Assembly (NCBI GenBank): GCA_950097015.1
Contig: CATNEN010000025.1
Span: 6,944,001-7,008,000, forward strand
Direction of reading: 5' to 3'
Origin: Macrostomum hystrix
Lineage: Eukaryota > Animalia > Platyhelminthes
Length of the DNA: 64,000 nt
In this document: positions 40,899 through 53,888 of the stretch, in pieces
Layout of the letters: each line of letters starts with the position of its first letter
Position numbering within the stretch: position 1 is the stretch's first letter
The notes under the pieces: model-generated
What the model was told of the DNA's origin: nothing
Databases searched by the model: none
The model's input: the letters and a program-made list of their open reading frames with translations, nothing else
Position numbers and translations under genes: made by a program

Positions 40899-43033
40899 CA
40901 GGACAAGCAGCCGCAGGCGGTGTTGGCACTGACCACCACCAACATGCAGCAGACGATACAGTCACTGCAAAGTCTGCCACTTCAGCAACAGCAGCAACAG
41001 CAACAACAGCAGCAGTATCAGCAGCAGCAGCAGCAGCCAGCAACAGTCACAGTGACGTCAGTCTCTCAGGAGGTGGTGACGCCACCGCAGCCGACGGTGA
41101 CCAATCACAGCAACGGAAAGGCTTCGTCGCGCTCCTCGAGGCCGTCGGCCAATCAGCAGGAGAAGTCGGCGACCCCCGCTACGCCTGCCGCTGCTGCAGC
41201 CACGGCTTCAACTGAGAAAGAGGCCGGAGGGGGCGGCGGCAGCCACGTGAAGCGGCCGATGAACGCCTTCATGGTCTGGGCCCGAGAGGAGCGTCGTAAG
41301 ATTCTGAAGGCCTGCCCGGACATGCACAATTCCAACATATCGAAGATCCTCGGCGCCAAGTGGAAGGCGATGACGCCGGAGGAGAAGCAGCCGTTCTACG
41401 AAGAGCAGTCGCGCCTGTCCAAGATCCACATGGAGCAGCACCCCGACTATCGCTACCGGCCGAGACCCAAGCGCACCTGCATCATGGACGGCAGGAAGCT
41501 GCGGATCTCCGAGTACAAGGACCTGGTGAAGGGCCGACGATCAGGCGGCGGCGGCGGTGCGGCCACGCCGGTGAAGCAGCAGCTGGACGATGAGGAGGAG
41601 CCGCAGGCCGAGGACTGGGACGAGGAGGTCGCGAAAGCGGAGCAGAAATCAGTGGCGACCGAAGATACCGAGGAAGGAATTCTGGGTGAGTATTTATTTT
41701 ATATTGCTTGTGCTACTTAAAGTAGGAAGTATGCGTTTTAAACTAAAACTTTTATTACAATTATCATTTTCTTTTGTGGATCTTGTCTCACTCAGACTCA
41801 TCCAATCTCGTCAATCTCATCCATTTCTCTCGCACTGTCAATCTCATCAATGTTTCTCACGCACTGTCAATCTCATCAATGTTTCTCACGCACTGTCAAT
41901 CTCATCCATTTCTCACTCAGTCAATCTGATTAATTTCTCACGCACAATCAATCTCATGAATGTTTCTCACGCACTGTCAATCTCATGAATGTTTCTCACG
42001 CACTGTCAATCTCATGAATGTTTCTCACGCACTGTCAATCTCATCCATTTCACACGCACTGTGAATCTCATAAATTTCTCACTCACAGTCAATCTCATGA
42101 ATTTCACACGCACTATGAATCTCATAAATTTCTCACACACTGTCAATCTCATCCATTTCTCACGCACTGTGAATATCATGAATTTCTCACGCACTGTGAA
42201 TATCATGAATTTCTCACGCACTGTGAATCTCATGAATTTCACACGCACTATGAATCTCATAAATTTCTCACTCACAGTCAATCTCATCCATTTCTCACGC
42301 ACTGTGAATCTCATAAATTTCTCACTCACAGTCAATCTCATGAATTTCTCACGCACTGTCAATCTCATCCATTTCACACGCACTGTGAATCTCATAAATT
42401 TCTCACTCACAGTCAATCTCATGAATTTCACACGCACTATGAATCTCATAAATTTCTCACACACTGTCAATCTCATCCATTTCTCACGCACTGTGAATAT
42501 CATGAATTTCTCACGCACTGTGAATATCATGAATTTCTCACGCACTGTGAATCTCATGAATTTCACACGCACTATGAATCTCATAAATTTCTCACTCACA
42601 GTCAATCTCATCCATTTCTCACGCACTGTGAATCTCATGAATTTCTCACGCAGGCCCATCAACACCCCAGTTGGTACTGAAGCTGGAGCAACCGCTAGAT
42701 TCAGCCGTTGTCAACCAAGCGGAAGCAGATGACGAGGATGACAACGAAGACTGCGACGCCATCATGCTGGTTGACGACCTTCCCGCTGATGATAACGCGC
42801 CGCAGTCAGTCGACGCAGATCCAAAGAATGTGTCAACTTCGTCAGCCGAGACCTTGATGGAGACCATCGAGTCTGTCGCCGCCGTCGCAGTCGACGATGA
42901 TGTCGACGAGATTGAACTCCGACCAATGATCATTGACGAGACAGCCGATTCAGAGTCTCACGTTGACCAGCAGCAGCAGCCCAAAAGGCCAACTTTGCCG
43001 CCGTGTTCAGCAGCGCTAAGTGCGGTGCCATGA
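30554..43033 (+). CDS. SoxD: SoxD-group (Sox5/6/13-like) HMG-box transcription factor. Exons 30554-30949, 39893-40156, 40317-40609, 40706-41685, 42654-43033
   Basis: N-terminal MSSKRK, leucine-zipper-like [20 protein letters not shown] motif and polyQ tracts. HMG box [37 protein letters not shown]...[12 protein letters not shown] is diagnostic of SoxD. Splice phases 0,0,2,1 join in frame. The start could instead be the upstream ATG at 30515, and extra exons in the 8.9-kb intron are not excluded. Confidence 0.93.
31039..31300 (+). mobile_element. tRNA-derived SINE (family A) in SoxD intron
   Basis: A box ggtagcagagcggtt, B box gagttcgattcc; body shared with 4757-4870, 39414-39620 and 58520-58660. 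Confidence 0.85.
31450..31640. repeat. 18-bp minisatellite
   Basis: gggatcagagtgggtca(t/g) units. Confidence 0.88.
32400..33140. repeat. 24-bp minisatellite
   Basis: cacaccagtacagtcacaacagca units. Confidence 0.96.
33715..34500. repeat. Pyrimidine-rich (C/T) tandem repeat
   Basis: ccctctaccctcctctcct-type units; almost no G. Confidence 0.93.
35110..35580. repeat. (TCTG)n-containing compound minisatellite
   Basis: tctgtccttacctgtctctacttgtctgtctgtc units. Confidence 0.92.
36110..37145. repeat. 31-bp minisatellite
   Basis: ggcaggtggcatgaagcagggttagtaggct units. Confidence 0.96.
37815..38620. repeat. CA-rich ~20-bp minisatellite
   Basis: cacaatcacccacacacacc units. Confidence 0.92.
39310..39830 (+). 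mobile_element. Family B SINE interrupted by a family A SINE (39414-~39630)
   Basis: B head with ggttcgattccc, then the A body, then the B 3' part resumes (cagctgttaaatgggtaccagc..cagtccatggactg..). Confidence 0.75.
41785..42653. repeat. 27-bp intronic minisatellite ending at the SoxD acceptor
   Basis: tttctcacgcactgtgaatctcatgaa, with a 324-bp higher-order period. Confidence 0.95.
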
Positions 43034-44119
43034 CATGGGAGGGCTGTCAGAGGAAACCGAGACAACAGTTTTTTCCAATTGCAATGATTCCCAATCGCAT
43101 AGCATTTCTTTTCCGAATCAGTTGAAGACTTCACTGTCACTTCTTTCTGACTCATTTGGAACTGCTTTGCTGATTTCAACATTCGAATTCAGGTGTCAGT
43201 AGGTCAGTAGGTTTAGTTGGGTCTACTGTGCGCAGACTACGGTAGGATTATCGATATAAAATATCCTATATTTCCTTGCCCCCGCCACACAGTGAAAGAG
43301 TGTGCAATAAATTATTTATTTTTGTTCAGTCCTTTTTTCAAACAGCAATAACTTCAGTGTGCAATGCAACTCTATGTGTCCTATAACAAATGTTTACCAG
43401 AAATTTTTGTTTATTCTGTTTTTTAACGACACTTAGCTCTCCTCGTCACAATGCGCCAGTGTTGTTCCCGCATCACAAGTCAATGCTGATATTCATATTG
43501 TGTGAGTGTGCAATCTAACTGCAGTTGCAACTCACAACTTTAGCAACTGGACGCAGTATTTGTTGTTGTTCTGATTATCAAAGAATATGAACTGTTTTGC
43601 GCACAAAATGTTTTATTTTTATTTGTTTATAAAATTGTTCGTACTATGAAAGTATTATTAAAAATGTTTTTTCAGATTCGCAGATACTCGCCCGATTGAG
43701 TCACAAGTGGATGATTTAGTTTTTGTATTTCGCACTTACTACTCGTTAGTAGTTTACTGTTGATTTAGTTGTAGCGTTTTTGCAGTTCTCTGAGCTAATT
43801 TCCATGGTGTTTTGTTTGTTTCCGTCAGAATTTTACCTCTGCTGTAATTTGAGTCTAATTATGCTTCCGTTTTGTCTGCAATTGTTTTAATATATTTTTT
43901 AGTCCTTTGCAGAGAGTACATTGTATGTGCAATGCAGTCCTTTTCTCTGTTTATTCACAAAACATTTATCGATCGACATCAATTTTCCATTTTTTACTTA
44001 GTTTATTGTTTTGAATGTTTGTCCGTGCTCTGCATAGCTCGCTTCAGTCACAAAATGATTTTTTAACGAAAAAAAACCAATCAAAGAAGATTGATAGTTT
44101 ATCCCTTTAAATCTATCTG

Positions 44120-44400
44120 GTGTTTCTCACCCACCTCCTTCCAATTCAAATTATTCACCCACCTCCCTCCGCTGCAACTCAGTCGCCCACCTCCCTCCAA
44201 TGGAAGTTAGCCACCCATCTCCCTGCGTTGTGAGTCAGTCACCCACCTCCCTCCGCTGGAAGTCAGTCGCCCATCTCCCTCCACTGGAAGTTAGCCACCC
44301 ACCTCCCTCCGCTGCAAGTCAGTCACCCACCTCCCTCCACTGTAAGTTAGCCACCCACCTCCTCCGCTGCAAGTCAGTCACCCACCTCCCTCCACTGTAA
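44120..44400. repeat. ~28-bp minisatellite
   Basis: cacccacctccctccgctgcaagtcagt-type units. Confidence 0.85.
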
Positions 44401-45514
44401 GTTAGGCACGGCGGTCAGTAAGTCAAAGCAAACTAATTCAACTGATCAGAGCGAGGCCAAGCTTGTGCAAGCCCAAAAGTCGCACATTTCCTCTGGTGTA
44501 GTTATCTGTAATTATCAAAGCCCACCCATTGATTGCTGTTGATTTCTTGCCTCCTAACTGGTGACTAGCAGCGTCGAATTAGTAATCGGGCCTCGTTTTT
44601 GTTGCCATAGTTATCATTTCCTTGTATGCGAATTAGTCAATGGTTTTATTTGTCACAAGTATTTTATGAATTACTTAGCCGTAAAAGTATTCAGTCATTG
44701 TTGCTATACATTCGATGTCCGTCTCGATGGTTCGACAGGCAAATTGATTAACTTTCCTCTTATATTCAGAAATATAGTAAATGAAACAAAATCTGACAGT
44801 CGCGTCCATACGTGACTACTTAAAGTAGCAAAAGCAGCATCGAAAAGCTTAAACAAATCGAAGCAATTCTGTATAAGTCGTTCTCTCTGTGTTGTCATTG
44901 CCGTCTCGTGTGCTTTTCGCTTTCGATCAATTTTACTAGTTTTTAATTAATTTTTTTATTTCCTTACAGAAGTTCAGCGCTTGGCAGTTTACCCCCCTCC
45001 CGTTTTTGTCGTTGAGTTGTTGAGTTGCTTTCAGTTGTTCTCGTGTTGTTTAAATTCCTCCTTTTTGTCTGCCATTCTCCGAATTATCAAAAACATTCAT
45101 TTGATTAGTTAAATGTGTTCATTGTACATATTGGCTAAACAAAATACGCATTCATTAATGATAGGAAGACTTTTGATTGCTGAATTAAAACAAAAGCAAA
45201 AAAGCTTTGCAGAAACCAATTGGGTCTAATTTAAATTTATCGACAGATGGAAACCTGCATTAAAAACCTTTCTTCTGACTGCCTAGCCTTATCTATGTCA
45301 GAGGTATGGCTGTATTTAACAAAAAACATACTAACAGATTCTTAAAAGCAACAATAAAGAAGCTAATAAATGTGTTCTAATTATGTTTTGCAGTGTGGAC
45401 TCAGACAGACTCAGACTCAGACAAGATTTTTCGGGCACAGCACTGATTCAGGTACTTTTTAGTTTTGGATTCTAAAAAAACCATAAAATGCTTTAGAAAA
45501 ACCTCTGATTATCA

Positions 45515-46100
45515 GATAAATCCCAGATTATTAGAAAAATCCCAGATTATTAGAGAAATCCCAGATTATTAGAGAAATCCCAGATTCTTAGAAAAATCCC
45601 AGATTATTAGAGAAATCCCAGATTATTAAAGAAATCCCAGATTATTAGAGAAATCCCAGATTATTAAAGAAATCCCAGGGTCTTAGAGAAATCCTAGATT
45701 CTTAAAGAAATCCCAGATTCTTAGATAAATCCCAGGTTCTTAGAGAAATCCCAGATTATTAGAGAAATCCCAGATTATTAGAGAAATCCCAGATTATTAG
45801 AGAAATCCCAGATTATTAGAGAAATCCCAGATTATTAGAGAAATCCCAGATTCTTAGAGAAATCCCAGATTATTAAAGAAATCCCAGGGTCTTAGAGAAA
45901 TCCCAGATTATTAGAGAAATCCCAGATTCTTAAAGAAATCCCAGATTATTAGAGAAATCCCAGATTATTAAAGAAATCCCAGATTATTAGAGAAATCCCA
46001 GATTATTAGAGAAATCCCAGATTCTTAGAGAAATCCCAGATTATTAGAGAAATCCCAGATTATTAGAGAAATCCCCGACTCTTAGAGAAATCCCAGATCA
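45515..46100. repeat. 19-bp minisatellite
   Basis: gagaaatcccagattatta units. Confidence 0.95.
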
Positions 46101-46384
46101 TCAAGTGCAGTGAGTACAAAATACAACTTACAGAGAGCACGATACGAAAACGAACAATGGACTAAGTTTTTACACAGAAGACACAGAAATTTTATTTGAG
46201 AGCTAAAAGTACAGCTGATTGTCTGATTTAGAAAAAAATTCGGGCTGATTTGAAATACATGGAATTTTTTTTAAGTTCTAAAGCCGCAGGGACAACACGT
46301 CACAATATGCTTTTTTGCTAAGTACACTTCAGGTTCCCACGACAATCGCTGGGACAATGTACGAGTATAAACGAGACAAGTGAA

Positions 46385-47110
46385 AGATAAGACACGGGAA
46401 ATATGAGACAGGGGAAAGATGAGATGAGAGGGCTGAGACAGGGGAGAGATGGATATGGAAGAGATGAGACAGGGGAGAGATGAGAAAGGAGAAAATGAGA
46501 CACGGGAGAGATGAGACACGGAAGAGACGAGACACGGGAGAGATGAGACACGGGAGAGATGAGACACGGGAGAGATGAGACACGGGGGAGATAAGACACG
46601 GAAGAGATGAGACACGGGAGAGATGAGACACGGGAGAGATGAGACACGGGAGAGATAAGACACGGGAGAGATGAGACACGGGAGAGATGAGACACGGGAG
46701 AGATGAGACACGGAAGAGATGAGACACGGGAGAGATGAGACACGGCAGAGATGAGACACGGGAGAGATGAGACACGGGAGAGATGAGACACGGGAGAGAT
46801 AAGACACGGGAGAGATGAGACACGGGAGAGATGAGACACGGAAGAGATGAGACACGGGGGAGATAAGACACGGAAGAGATGAGACACAGGAGAGATGAGA
46901 CACGGGAGAGATGAGACACGGGAGAGATGAGACACGGGAGAGATAAGACACGGGAGAGATGAGACACGGGAGAGATGAGACACGGAAGAGATGAGACACG
47001 GGGGAGATAAGACACGGAAGAGATGAGACACGGGAGAGACGAGACACGGGAGAGATGAGACACGGGAGAGATGAGACACGGGAGAGATGAGACACGGGAG
47101 AGGTGAAACA
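46385..47110. repeat. 16-bp minisatellite GGAGAGATGAGACACG
   Basis: One substitution away from the unit at 4980-5725. Confidence 0.95.
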
Positions 47111-47371
47111 CGGGGGTGATGAGGTGGGAGAGATAAGACGGGAGAAGTTTCCACGCGAATGAGGACACAAAGCATGGCAGTCGAGTTGAGTTTTGAGTAA
47201 CTGGGGCGCCCAAAGTTTCAAGTGAATTGCGTTGTAAAATGTCTGCTCACAATGATCAGCTGAGGTTTGAACAGGACACAACAGGCAGGCTAAAAACGGA
47301 ATATTAAACATAGAAGTGTCATCGGTGTATGTATTTTTTAAGGGAACTAATGGGGAAAAATCCTAAAAAAT

Positions 47372-50300
47372 TCAGGTGCAGCGCATCCTGTTAATCTCGG
47401 CGCTCGTCTCTTCGTCTTGGACTGGCGGAATGACCTCCACCCTGTACAGCAGCCGCTTGCCCCGGGTCCAGCTGAAGCTGTTGTCAAATATGAGCTCGTC
47501 TGCAAATGGAACAGAATATGCGACCGCGGTTTCAATCCAAAATATTCAAGTATTATATCCAAATGTTAACATAATTCACAAAGCTTACTTGAGATGAGAA
47601 CTCAATTCCTGAGTCTTGAGTATTCCAGATTTCAATACATCCAAAGATCCCACACATCCCAGGGGTCCCACACATCCCAGAGATCCCACACATCCCAGAG
47701 ATCCCATACATCCCAGAGATCCCACACATCCAGAGGTCCCACACATCCCAGAGATCCCAGACATCCCAGAGATCCCATACATCCCACAGATCCCACACAT
47801 CCCAGAGATCCCACACATCCTAGAGATCCCACACATCCCAGAGATCCCACACATCCCAGAGATCCCATACATCCCACAGATCCCACACATCCCAGAGATC
47901 CCACACATCCCAGAGATCCCACACATCCCAGAGATCCCACACATCCCAGAGATCCCACACATCCCAGAGGTCCCACACATCCCAGAGATCCCAGACATCC
48001 CAGAGATCCCATACATCCCACAGATCCCACACATCCCAGAGATCACACACATCCTAGAGATCCCACACATCCCAGAGATCCCACACATCCCAGAGATCCC
48101 ACACATGCCAGTGCCAGGCTATGGGACGGGACTCACACAAGCCTGCAGTCTCGCACAGAAGGTTGCCGACCTCGGGTGCAATGTGCGAGTTGTACCTGGC
48201 CGTTGGCAGCACGTGGGATCGATTCTTGGCGCTGTCGCCACGGCCGCTCTCGTCTGCAACCACCAAATCGATGCCGAACGCGATATCGTAGCCTTTAGTG
48301 CTGAACTCGAATCTGGGAAGTAGCCGCGTTTGTTAAACTCATTCTAGGATTCTTTAACTATCAGCCTTACCACTTTCTCCCACTTTTCATCCCACTCGCT
48401 TTAATTCTCTCTTTCCCACTGTCGCAACAACTCACAATCCTCTCCAACATATCCACATTCTCTCGCTGCTACTCCTCACGTACTATCCTCTTCCACTCTA
48501 CCCCACCCTCTACCCTATCCCCATTCTCCCGCACTCTACCCATTCTCCCCAACACTCTTTAACCTATCCTCTATCACTCTCACCCCCTATCGCCAACTCT
48601 CCTCCCACTATCGCCTACTCTCCCCGAGTATCGCTTACTCTCCCCACCAGTATCGCCTACTCTCCCAGTATCGCCTACTCTCCCCCCAGTATCGCCTACT
48701 CCCCCCCAGTATCGCCTACTCTCTCCCCAGTATCGCCTACTCCCCCAGTATCGCCTACTCTCCCCCGAGTATCGCCTACTCTCCCCCCAGTATCGCCTAC
48801 TCTCCTCCCAGTATCGCCTACTCTCCCCCAGTATCGCCTACTCTCCCCCAGTATCGCCTACTCTCCTCCCAGTATCGCCTACTCTCCCCCCAGTATCGCC
48901 TACTCTCCCCCCAGTATCGCCTACTCTCCCCCCAGTATCGCCTACTCTCCTCCCAGTATCGCCTACTCTCCCCCCAGTATCGCCTACTCTCCTCCCAGTA
49001 TCGCCTACTCTCCTCCCAGTATCGCTAACTGCCCCCCCAGTATCGCCTACTCTCTCGCCTACTTTCCATCGGTCTCCAACACTTTCGTTCACTCAACCCT
49101 CTTCTCCGACTCCAATTCTCCCACTTTCTCCGACTCTCTCCTCACTTGAGCAGTGAGCCGGCCTGGGCCACCTCAACGGCCACAGTCTTGCGCTCATAGA
49201 AGCCGATTTCCATTTCAAGGGCGTCCTCACAGCCAGCCAGGCCATCGCTGAGGTACAGGTCCTCTGGCACCTTCAGGCCCTGAGGGCCCAGCTAAAAATA
49301 AAAAATTAAAACAAGATTTTGCATTTTGTATTTTCTCATTGATAATAAGTTCTTTTACTACGTCTACGTCTTTCCACATATCATCGCCAACCCTCCTCTC
49401 ATTTCTATCCCTAGCCTTATTTCATCCATAGTCTCATCTCATCCCTAGTCTTATTTCCATCTTAAGTCTCATCCCCATTCCTATCCTAGGTCCCATCCCC
49501 ATCCTAAGTCCCATCCCCATCCCAAGTCCCATCCCCATCCCCAGTCCCATCCCCACCCCAAGTCCCATCCCCATCCCCATCCCAAGTCCCATCCCCACCC
49601 CAAGTCCCATCCACACCCCAAGTCCCATCCCCATCCCAAGTCCCATCCCCATCCCCACCCTAAGTCCCATCCCCAGTGGCTCACAATGGCTATGCACATG
49701 GCGTCGCCATTGTCGTCAACTTTTGAGCCTCCGTAAGCTGCCGGAAACTGGTCCTCATCAATGTGCTGCCTGAGCACCTTCTGGTAGTCACCTGGTGATG
49801 AGAATATTAGAATATAATCATCTGAAATACTCGTACTCGCATAATAGCTAAAATAGAGCAATACTCACTGCCTAGAACAAATATTTTCTTCTTTGTCTCC
49901 TCGGCCAGGAAGGGTCGAAACAATTTCCACAACAGTGGGAAAATTGCTGGAGCTAAAAATATGATAAAAAGCAAACGAAAAAATAAAGACTGTAGTGATT
50001 TATATTTCAGTGATTCTTCGGAGGCCAAAGTTGAGAATAAACTGCTCACCATTGACTACAAACATTTTGCCCAGCATCTCCGGATAGTTACTCTCCAGCA
50101 TCTTGGCGAAGTACATGTTGATGTCCCTGGCTGAGAAATTGTGAGCGTAAAATCGTGATACGGCGTAATAAAAAAACTTTTAATTCCTAGAAATCCTAAC
50201 GAATTGTGGGAAATTCCATAGAATTAGTCGAAACTCGCATAGAATTTGTAGGAAATCCCTAAGAGTTGTCGAAAATCCCTAAGAGTCGTAGGAAATCCCC

Positions 50301-53228
50301 CAAGAGTTGTAGGAAATCCCTAAGAGTCGTAGGAAATCCTTAAGAGTTGTAGGAAATCCCCCAAGAGTTGTAGGAAATCCCTAAGAGTTGTAGGAAATCC
50401 CTAAGAGTTGTAGGAAATCCCTAAGAGTTGTCGAAAATCCCTAAGAGTCGTAGGAAATCCCTAAAAGTTGTCGGAAATCCCTAAGAGTCGTAGGAAATCC
50501 CCCAAGAGTTGTAGGAAATCCCTAAGAGTTGTAGGAAATCCCCCAAGAGTCGTAGGAAATCCCTAAGAGTCGTAGGAAATCCTTAAGAGTTGTAGGAAAT
50601 CCCCCAAGAGTTGTAGGAAATCCCTAAGAGTTGTAGGAAATCCCCCAAGAGTTGTAGGAAATCCCTAAGAGTTGTAGGAAATCCCTAAGAGTTGTAGGAA
50701 ATCCCCCAAGAGTTGTAGGAAATCCCTAAGAGTTGTAGGAAATCCCTAAGAGTTGTAGGAAATCCCCCAAGAGTTGTAGGAAATCCCATAGAATTTGTAG
50801 GAAATTCCTAAGAGCTGTCGGAAATCCCTAAGAGTTGCAGGAAATCACGAAGATTTGTAGGAAATTCCATATAACTGTAGGAAATCCCTAAGAGTTTTAG
50901 GAAATCCCCTAATAGTTGTAAGAAATCCCCCAAGAGTTGTAGGAAATCTCCCAAGAGTTGTAGGAAATCCCAAAGAGTTGTAGGAAATCCCATAGCCGCA
51001 AATCTCATTGACAGATCTAGGTTTTGAATCCAAATGGCACTCACCTGGACCCCACAACATCTCGGAGCCGTGACTCTGGTCGAAAATGATGACCATCTTG
51101 TCGACCCACTTGCCCAGCCGGCGGGTCTGCGCCTCTAGCTGGCGCACAACCAGCTCGCATTCGCGTAGGCGGTTGCGTATGATGTCCTGCCGGCGACAGG
51201 ACAGCATCAGGCCCTTCAGGTCCATGTTGGTGGCGGCGAACTTCACGGGGGAGCCGTCCTTGGCGTGGCCGATGATTCCGCCGCAGTAGTACTGCTTCAG
51301 CACCGCGGGCGGCTCCCAATCCAGCAGGTTGTCGACGTCCATCTCCTTCTTGAACTTCTCGCTCTGCAGTAGGTTAGCGGGTGCGGGAGCTGCTGACTAA
51401 CTGCTGTTGCTGGCATCTGCGGTGTGCTAAGATCTTGTTTTCTGTAGTTCTAAGGTGTGCAAGAATCTGGGTGTGCAGGGATCTGGGATGTGCAGGGATC
51501 TGGGATGTGTAAGAATCTGGGTGTGCAGGGATCTGGGATGTGCAAGGATCTGGGGTGTGCAGGGATCTGGGGTGTGCAGGAATCTGGGGTGTGCAGGAAT
51601 CTGGGGTGTGCAGGGATCTTGGGTGTGCAGGGATCTGGAGTGTGCAGGGATCAGGGGTGTCCAAGGACATGGGGTGTGCAGGAATCTGGGGTGTGCAGGA
51701 ATCTGGGGTGTGCAGGGATCTGGGGTGTGCAGGAATCTGGGGTGTGCAGGAATCTGGGGTGTGCAGGGATCTGGGGTGTGCAGGGATCTGGGTGTGCAGG
51801 GATCTGGGTGTGCAAGGATCTGGGGTGTGCAGGGATCTGGGGTGTGCAGGGATCTGGGTGTGCAGGGATCAGGGTGTGCAGTGAAGTCATTCAAGATGTA
51901 AATAAAAGCCCACCTCCATAAACATAGCGACAGCCTTGTCCACATTCCAGTCCCTGGCAATAAGCCACTTCTGCAGAAAATGATCGTGATGCAGGAACTT
52001 GGCCTCCACAATCAGATGGGCCACCCTGGCCTTGAACTGAGGCGGGTATGCGAGATTATATTTAGCTATTTAACAATTAATTTCTTAGCAATAAATTAAC
52101 AGCGAACAATGAATAGCTCAGATAGCTGACCTCAGCGAAAACCGTTTGCCGCTCCGGTGACAGCTCGGTTTCCTCTGGTGGGAATGCGCTCTGAGAGAAT
52201 TCAATGGAAGATTCGGCGAAAAGTTATAATGAGCGCGTGTTAACAAAATGATGTATAGAAAGCAATGAGCAAAGACATATTTTGATCTGGATTGGTCTTA
52301 ACGCGCCAGTTTAAAGGCCTAGATTCTTCGAAACAGCAAACAATTCCTAGAAAGTAATGAGCAGAGACGTGTTTTGATCTGGATGGGTTTTAACGCGCCT
52401 AGATTCTTCGAAACAGCAAACAGTTCCTAGAAAGTAATGAGCAGAGACGTGTTTTGATCTGGATTGGTTTTAACGCGCCAGTTTAAAGGCCTAGATTCTT
52501 AGAAACAGCAAACAGTTCCTAGAAAGTAATGAGCAGAGACGTGTTTTGATCTGGATGGGTTTTAACGCGCCAGTTTAAAGGCCTAGATTCTTAGAAACAG
52601 CAAAAAAATCCTAGAAAGTAATGAGCAGAGACGTGTTTTGATCTGGATGGGTTTTAACACGCCTAGATTCTTCGAAACAGCAAACAATTCCTAGAAAGTA
52701 ATGAGCAGAGGTGTTTTGATCTGGATGGGTTTTAACGCGCCAGTTTAAAGGCCTAGATTCTTAGAAACAGCAAAAAATTCCTAGAAAGTAATGAGCAGAG
52801 ACGTGTTTTGATCTGGATGGGTTTTAACGCGCCAGTTTAAAGGCCTAGATTCTTAGAAACAGCAAGCAATTCCTAGAAAGTAATGAGCAGAGACGTGTTT
52901 TGATCTGGATGGGTTTTAACGCGCCAGTTTAAAGGCCTAGATTCTTAGAAACAGCAAAAAAATTCCTAGAAAGTAATGAGCAGAGACGTGTTTTGATCTG
53001 GATGGGTTTTAACGCGCCAGTTTAAAGGCCTAGATTCTTAGAAACAGCAAGCAATTCCTAGAAAGTAATGAACAAAAGCATATTGCATATCGGGATCCGT
53101 TTAAACGCGCAAGTTTAAAGGGCCAAGATTTCTTAGAAACAGCCAGCAACTGGAACAAAGCTTTGAGAACAGGAATAGAGTTTTTGATAACCGGAACGCT
53201 GAAAACTCACCGTAACGGCAGTGGCCAT
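47372..53228 (-). CDS. SEC14-like CRAL-TRIO + GOLD lipid-binding protein (SEC14L2/3/4-like), 413 aa. Exons 53228-53211, 52190-52131, 52036-51914, 51363-51045, 50130-50050, 49952-49869, 49791-49685, 49291-49146, 48312-48137, 47499-47372
   Basis: All junctions are GT-AG and in frame (1242 nt). Motifs [66 protein letters not shown], and GOLD-domain [12 protein letters not shown] and FDNSFSW. Confidence 0.93.
47640..48105. repeat. 18-bp intronic minisatellite
   Basis: atcccacacatcccagag, with a 234-bp higher-order duplication. Confidence 0.95.
48590..49060. repeat. ~21-bp intronic minisatellite
   Basis: ccagtatcgcctactctccc(c) units. Confidence 0.93.
49440..49675. repeat. 18-bp intronic minisatellite
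   Basis: atccccatcccaagtccc units. Confidence 0.9.
50210..51000. repeat. 20-21-bp intronic minisatellite
   Basis: gaaatccctaagagttgtag units. Confidence 0.94.
51465..51880. repeat. ~18-bp intronic minisatellite
   Basis: gtgtgcagggatctgggg units. Confidence 0.93.
52280..53130. repeat. 92-bp intronic tandem repeat
   Basis: cagtttaaaggcctagattc recurs at 52741, 52833 and 52925. Confidence 0.93.
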
Positions 53229-53860
53229 TTTTATCCAGTCTGTGAAATCCTGAATCGTTCCTGAAGAGGCAATATTAAAACGGTTATTGACTGACTGACA
53301 ATATGCAGGCAGCGAGAGCAGAGGGAGAAAACCAGTTTTGCTGTGTTTTTTACAGAACAACGCTTGCCAGGGGTGGGTGGCAGAGTCTGAGAGACACGAC
53401 TCACGAAGAGGGGTTGGCGCTACTGATCTAGTCACAAAGCGTGTCTCATCGCTCTCTAAGAGCAGTCAGTGTACTCAGTCAGGCAAACAGGCAAGGCCCT
53501 ATTTCAATTGGTTGAAAGTTGAGTTGCTGCTCAGTATGACATGCAAAGGGAGGAGGTTGGATTAACTGTGAGGTGTTGCTGTTCACATTGCTGATTAAAG
53601 GACCCGGCCGCCCACTGACGCACATGCACGCACAGTTTCCCTATCGATCTGATCTCAAGGTGGAAAATAGCAGCTTACCTTTCTTTATTATTAACTTGGA
53701 ACTTAATTCTCCGAACTCTAGACAAGTTTAGCAGCTGTATTTGGTTGGCCTTTCTCTACATCTGTTTCTCTGAAAGCAGTTGGATTTATAATTCACAGTC
53801 TTGGCGCAGTGTAAGAAGAGAAGGAAAACAAGCGGTTGATAATGCTCCAGGTGCATTGCA

Positions 53861-53888
53861 CTAACCCTAACCCTAACCCTAACCCTAA
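53861..53888 (-). repeat. Short interstitial (TTAGGG)n
   Basis: ctaa(ccctaa)4. Confidence 0.9.
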
